A stretch of 64,000 nt of DNA, taken from Polyangiaceae bacterium. Its GTDB lineage: Bacteria; Myxococcota_A; Polyangia; Polyangiales; Polyangiaceae. How positions within the stretch are numbered: position 1 is the first letter of the stretch; each line of letters begins with the position of its first letter. The notes under the pieces were generated by a model. It had not been told where the DNA came from. It saw only the letters and a program-made list of their open reading frames with translations, and did not search any database. Of the stretch, positions 61,507 through 64,000 are shown one piece after another. Position numbers and translations under genes: made by a program. Location: NCBI GenBank assembly GCA_033763455.1, contig JANRKO010000006.1:192001-256000 (forward strand), in the 5' to 3' direction.

Positions 61507-62161
61507 AGAGCAACTCGACGTCGAAGACGAGGGTGCCTGCCGGTTTCCCCGGCGAGCCCTTGTAAGCGAGACTCTCGGGGATCCAGAGCCTGCGCTCTTC
61601 GCCTTCAACCATGAGTTGAAGGCCTTCGGTCCAGCCTGGGATAACGCGATTGAGAGGGAACTGCGCGGGCTCGCCGCGAGCCACCGAACTGTCGAAAGAC
61701 TGCCCATCTGTCGTCCAGCCTGTGTAGTGCACCGTGACGACGCTTGTGGCTGACGGCTTGCGTGTTCCTGCCCCTTTCTTGAGTACTCGCGAGGCAAGGC
61801 CACTCGCCGTTCTGGCAGCATCTTGGGGAGCGGCAGCGACGTCGGACGGTGCGGCGGGAGCCGACTTTGGGACCTCCCCACCGACAATGCGAGTGGCACC
61901 AATGGCAGCCATTACCTGTTGATAAGACGCCACCCTCCCGTCCTCGTGGTGGCAGTGATTACGGTGACAGAGCTTCCATCCCGGAGGCGGATTGTTAGGG
62001 TCGAACACCACTTCAGCTGACTTGGCAGGAGCCTCAATGGTCACGGCTTTTGCCACAGGTTTATTGCTTGGCTCCGAATCTCCCGGGCCGAGACTCTGGC
62101 AGGCTGTGAGCACGATCGACGTGAGGGCGGCAACCCATGACTTCTGTAGACAGACGACCAT
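61496..62161 (-). CDS. FKBP-type peptidyl-prolyl isomerase lipoprotein with His/Cys-rich N-terminal insert
   Basis: Lipobox LTAC; VTVHYTGWTTDGQSFDSS, VIPGWTEGLQLM, LWIPESLAY, LVFDVELL; CHRNHCHH at 61946-61969. Confidence 0.93.
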   Translation of the reverse strand: MVVCLQKSWVAALTSIVLTACQSLGPGDSEPSNKPVAKAVTIEAPAKSAEVVFDPNNPPPGWKLCHRNHCHHEDGRVASYQQVMAAIGATRIVGGEVPKSAPAAPSDVAAAPQDAARTASGLASRVLKKGAGTRKPSATSVVTVHYTGWTTDGQSFDSSVARGEPAQFPLNRVIPGWTEGLQLMVEGEERRLWIPESLAYKGSPGKPAGTLVFDVELLSIR

Positions 62162-62422
62162 TCAAAGCACCTCGTGAGGCTTTCGTTCACCACGAATTTT
62201 ACTTCCAGGCAATAGTCGTCTCGTTCGATAAGCAACGAGCCCCGTGAGACGAAAATTGTCTGAGGGTTTCTTGATGCACGGGTTGCTACGGGATCCTTCG
62301 ACAACCCTGTTGCGTAACCCTTCCAGGGTTGGTCCTCGCGCCGCAGACTCGCGGCCGTGAAACAGGTGGTCAAGTGATACGGAGCCCGCGGCTCCGACCA
62401 ATGAATTTCCCTATCCGAAAAG

Positions 62423-64000
62423 CTAGCGCGTGCGGGGAGGTCGAGGTGGGGGTGGCGTTGCCGTGGCGCCATTTTCGGGCCACGCGTGCCGCGGGTAACG
62501 TCGCATGAGTTCTTTTCGTATTGAAGGGTAGTGGCGTTCCCAGAATCCGGAGAGATCGGCTGTGACCTGCACGGGGCGGAAATTGGGCGCCAATAAATGT
62601 ACGGTTACAGGTACCTGACCACCGCCCACGGTGGGGCTCTTGATCATTCCGAAGAAGTCCTGAAGGCGAGATTCAATCCACGGTTCTTGCCCCTCAGCGT
62701 AGTGGACCACCACGTTGCTTCCACCGGGCAACGGCAAACGTTCGGGCGCTAACCGCTGCAGCAATTCGCGTTCTTCGGCTGTGAGGTAAGCCAGTGCAAG
62801 CTGGGCGAAATCGAGCTTTTCGAGCTCGTCGAGCCTGGTGGTTTCTGTGCAGGCCTGGTGGAGCACGCGGAGCGGCCATTCTTCGTTGTTGCCGGCGTAA
62901 TTTGGCGACACGCGCGCTACTATCGCCATGCGCCCGGCAAGGATCGCTGTTGCCTCGAGCACCTTCGTCATGAGGGAACCATGCTTGACGGCGTAGCGCT
63001 TCAAGACTTCCGTGCTCTGTTCACTGGGAGCAGCAGGAGTACGTGTTTCTTCGAGCACGACTGAGCCGTAGCTTATCTTGCTGACCTGCTCGACGCGCCC
63101 TCGTTCTTCCTCAAATACGAGCGAATCCGCAAACTCTAGGTCGTTGTAGTAGTCCGAAAGCAGCCAATCGGCTTCTACCGCACTGGCTAACCGCACCTGG
63201 ATCTGGGGGCCGCGTTGCCCCTCCCGTCGCTCCTCGACGTCGAGCGCGAGCATTAATGGGGCTACGCTCACAACGCTTGTTTCGCTGAGCGTCGCGGTCT
63301 GGCCATTGCACAAGATGAGCTCACGGCTCGCGGTTGCGCGCCTCCGTGCAACTCGATCGGGGAAGCCGCTGAGCAAGCAGCGGCAGAGCACGGCCCCAAC
63401 TTGCTCGTCCGGAACGTGGGGAAAATCGCGGCGACGGCTTCCCAGCGCGCGAACGAGCTGCTTTTCAAGGAGCCCCACCACCCGCACGCTCGAAGCATCG
63501 AGTTCCAGGTAGCGCAGCTCGGACGCATCGAAGTTAGCCTGGCGCGCCTGCTCATAGCGCTCAAAGAGCTCCAGAGCGTCCGATGGGCCAGGCTCAAGGT
63601 GCGCGTTCACCTGCGGACCGCCGCGCGCGCGACTTTCCAGGCGAATATCTCGCTCCGTGAGCAAAGCTGCTAAGAGGCAAGCCTGCTCGCCCACACCCCG
63701 TGCCTCGCCTTCCAGAATGAGCCGCCCGAGGCGCGGGTGCACAGGGAACTTCAAGAGCTGTGCTCCGACCTCGCTGATAAGGCCGTCCGGCTGCAACGCA
63801 CCGAGCTGCGAAAGCAGCTGATTGGCAGCTGCTACGGCCTTGGGGTCGGGCGCATCCAGCCAGGTTAACTGCTCCGGATCGCGGACGCCCATGGCCTTCA
63901 GTAGAAGCCAGGTGTCTGAAAGATCTGAGCGGCGAATTTCAGGGATTTGCTGCTCCGCACGGGTTTCAAAATCCCCGCGTGTGTAGAGTCGAATTACGTG
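62423..64000 (-). CDS. hrpB: ATP-dependent helicase HrpB, C-terminal part (5' end outside window)
   Basis: IRLYT..DF..R....PEIRRSDL, FPVHPRLGRL, GFPDRVARRR, ESRLQDFFG, HLLAPNFRPVQVTADLSGFW, RRYPRHAWP. Confidence 0.93.
   Translation of the reverse strand, partial: HVIRLYTRGDFETRAEQQIPEIRRSDLSDTWLLLKAMGVRDPEQLTWLDAPDPKAVAAANQLLSQLGALQPDGLISEVGAQLLKFPVHPRLGRLILEGEARGVGEQACLLAALLTERDIRLESRARGGPQVNAHLEPGPSDALELFERYEQARQANFDASELRYLELDASSVRVVGLLEKQLVRALGSRRRDFPHVPDEQVGAVLCRCLLSGFPDRVARRRATASRELILCNGQTATLSETSVVSVAPLMLALDVEERREGQRGPQIQVRLASAVEADWLLSDYYNDLEFADSLVFEEERGRVEQVSKISYGSVVLEETRTPAAPSEQSTEVLKRYAVKHGSLMTKVLEATAILAGRMAIVARVSPNYAGNNEEWPLRVLHQACTETTRLDELEKLDFAQLALAYLTAEERELLQRLAPERLPLPGGSNVVVHYAEGQEPWIESRLQDFFGMIKSPTVGGGQVPVTVHLLAPNFRPVQVTADLSGFWERHYPSIRKELMRRYPRHAWPENGATATPPPPRPPRTR

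Noticed and set aside
62300..62415. Cobalamin riboswitch (AGGGAA and CTGGAAGG fragments on the minus strand)
   Set aside because: The remaining core motifs (CGGTG..AATCCG, GCCCCCGC.ACTGT, AGACC) are missing.

Overview
A roughly 60% GC chromosomal segment. Gene content (PEGA/TPR proteins, an MJ0042-type zinc-ribbon TPR protein, an AgmX/PglI-like C-terminal domain, Cys-rich lipoproteins) points to Myxococcota, probably Polyangiales; this is inferred. It is mostly core genes (purU, prfC, ggt, moaB, rpsU, rpoD, dnaG, atpD/atpC, rsmA, mutS, partial hrpB) mixed with envelope and lipoprotein genes of unknown function. I saw no rRNA, tRNA, CRISPR array, integrase or transposase. Main leads: (1) nested direct repeats that duplicate the prfC 3' end, next to an AAA_14/DUF4143 ATPase-nuclease gene and three lipoprotein genes; (2) a 22-bp dyad element that recurs exactly about 49.5 kb away; (3) two coupled giant TPR proteins, each ending in an apparently inactive M48-peptidase-like domain, inside an envelope-machine-like cluster; (4) an FKBP carrying a CHRNHCHH motif, convergent with a DUF3526-type ABC transporter, with a hairpin-rich upstream region; (5) two genes missing from the ORF track (a Cys-rich lipase-like lipoprotein and a 59-aa protein); (6) repeated signatures of leaderless transcripts. 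All domain calls come from recognising motifs by eye, not from database searches.
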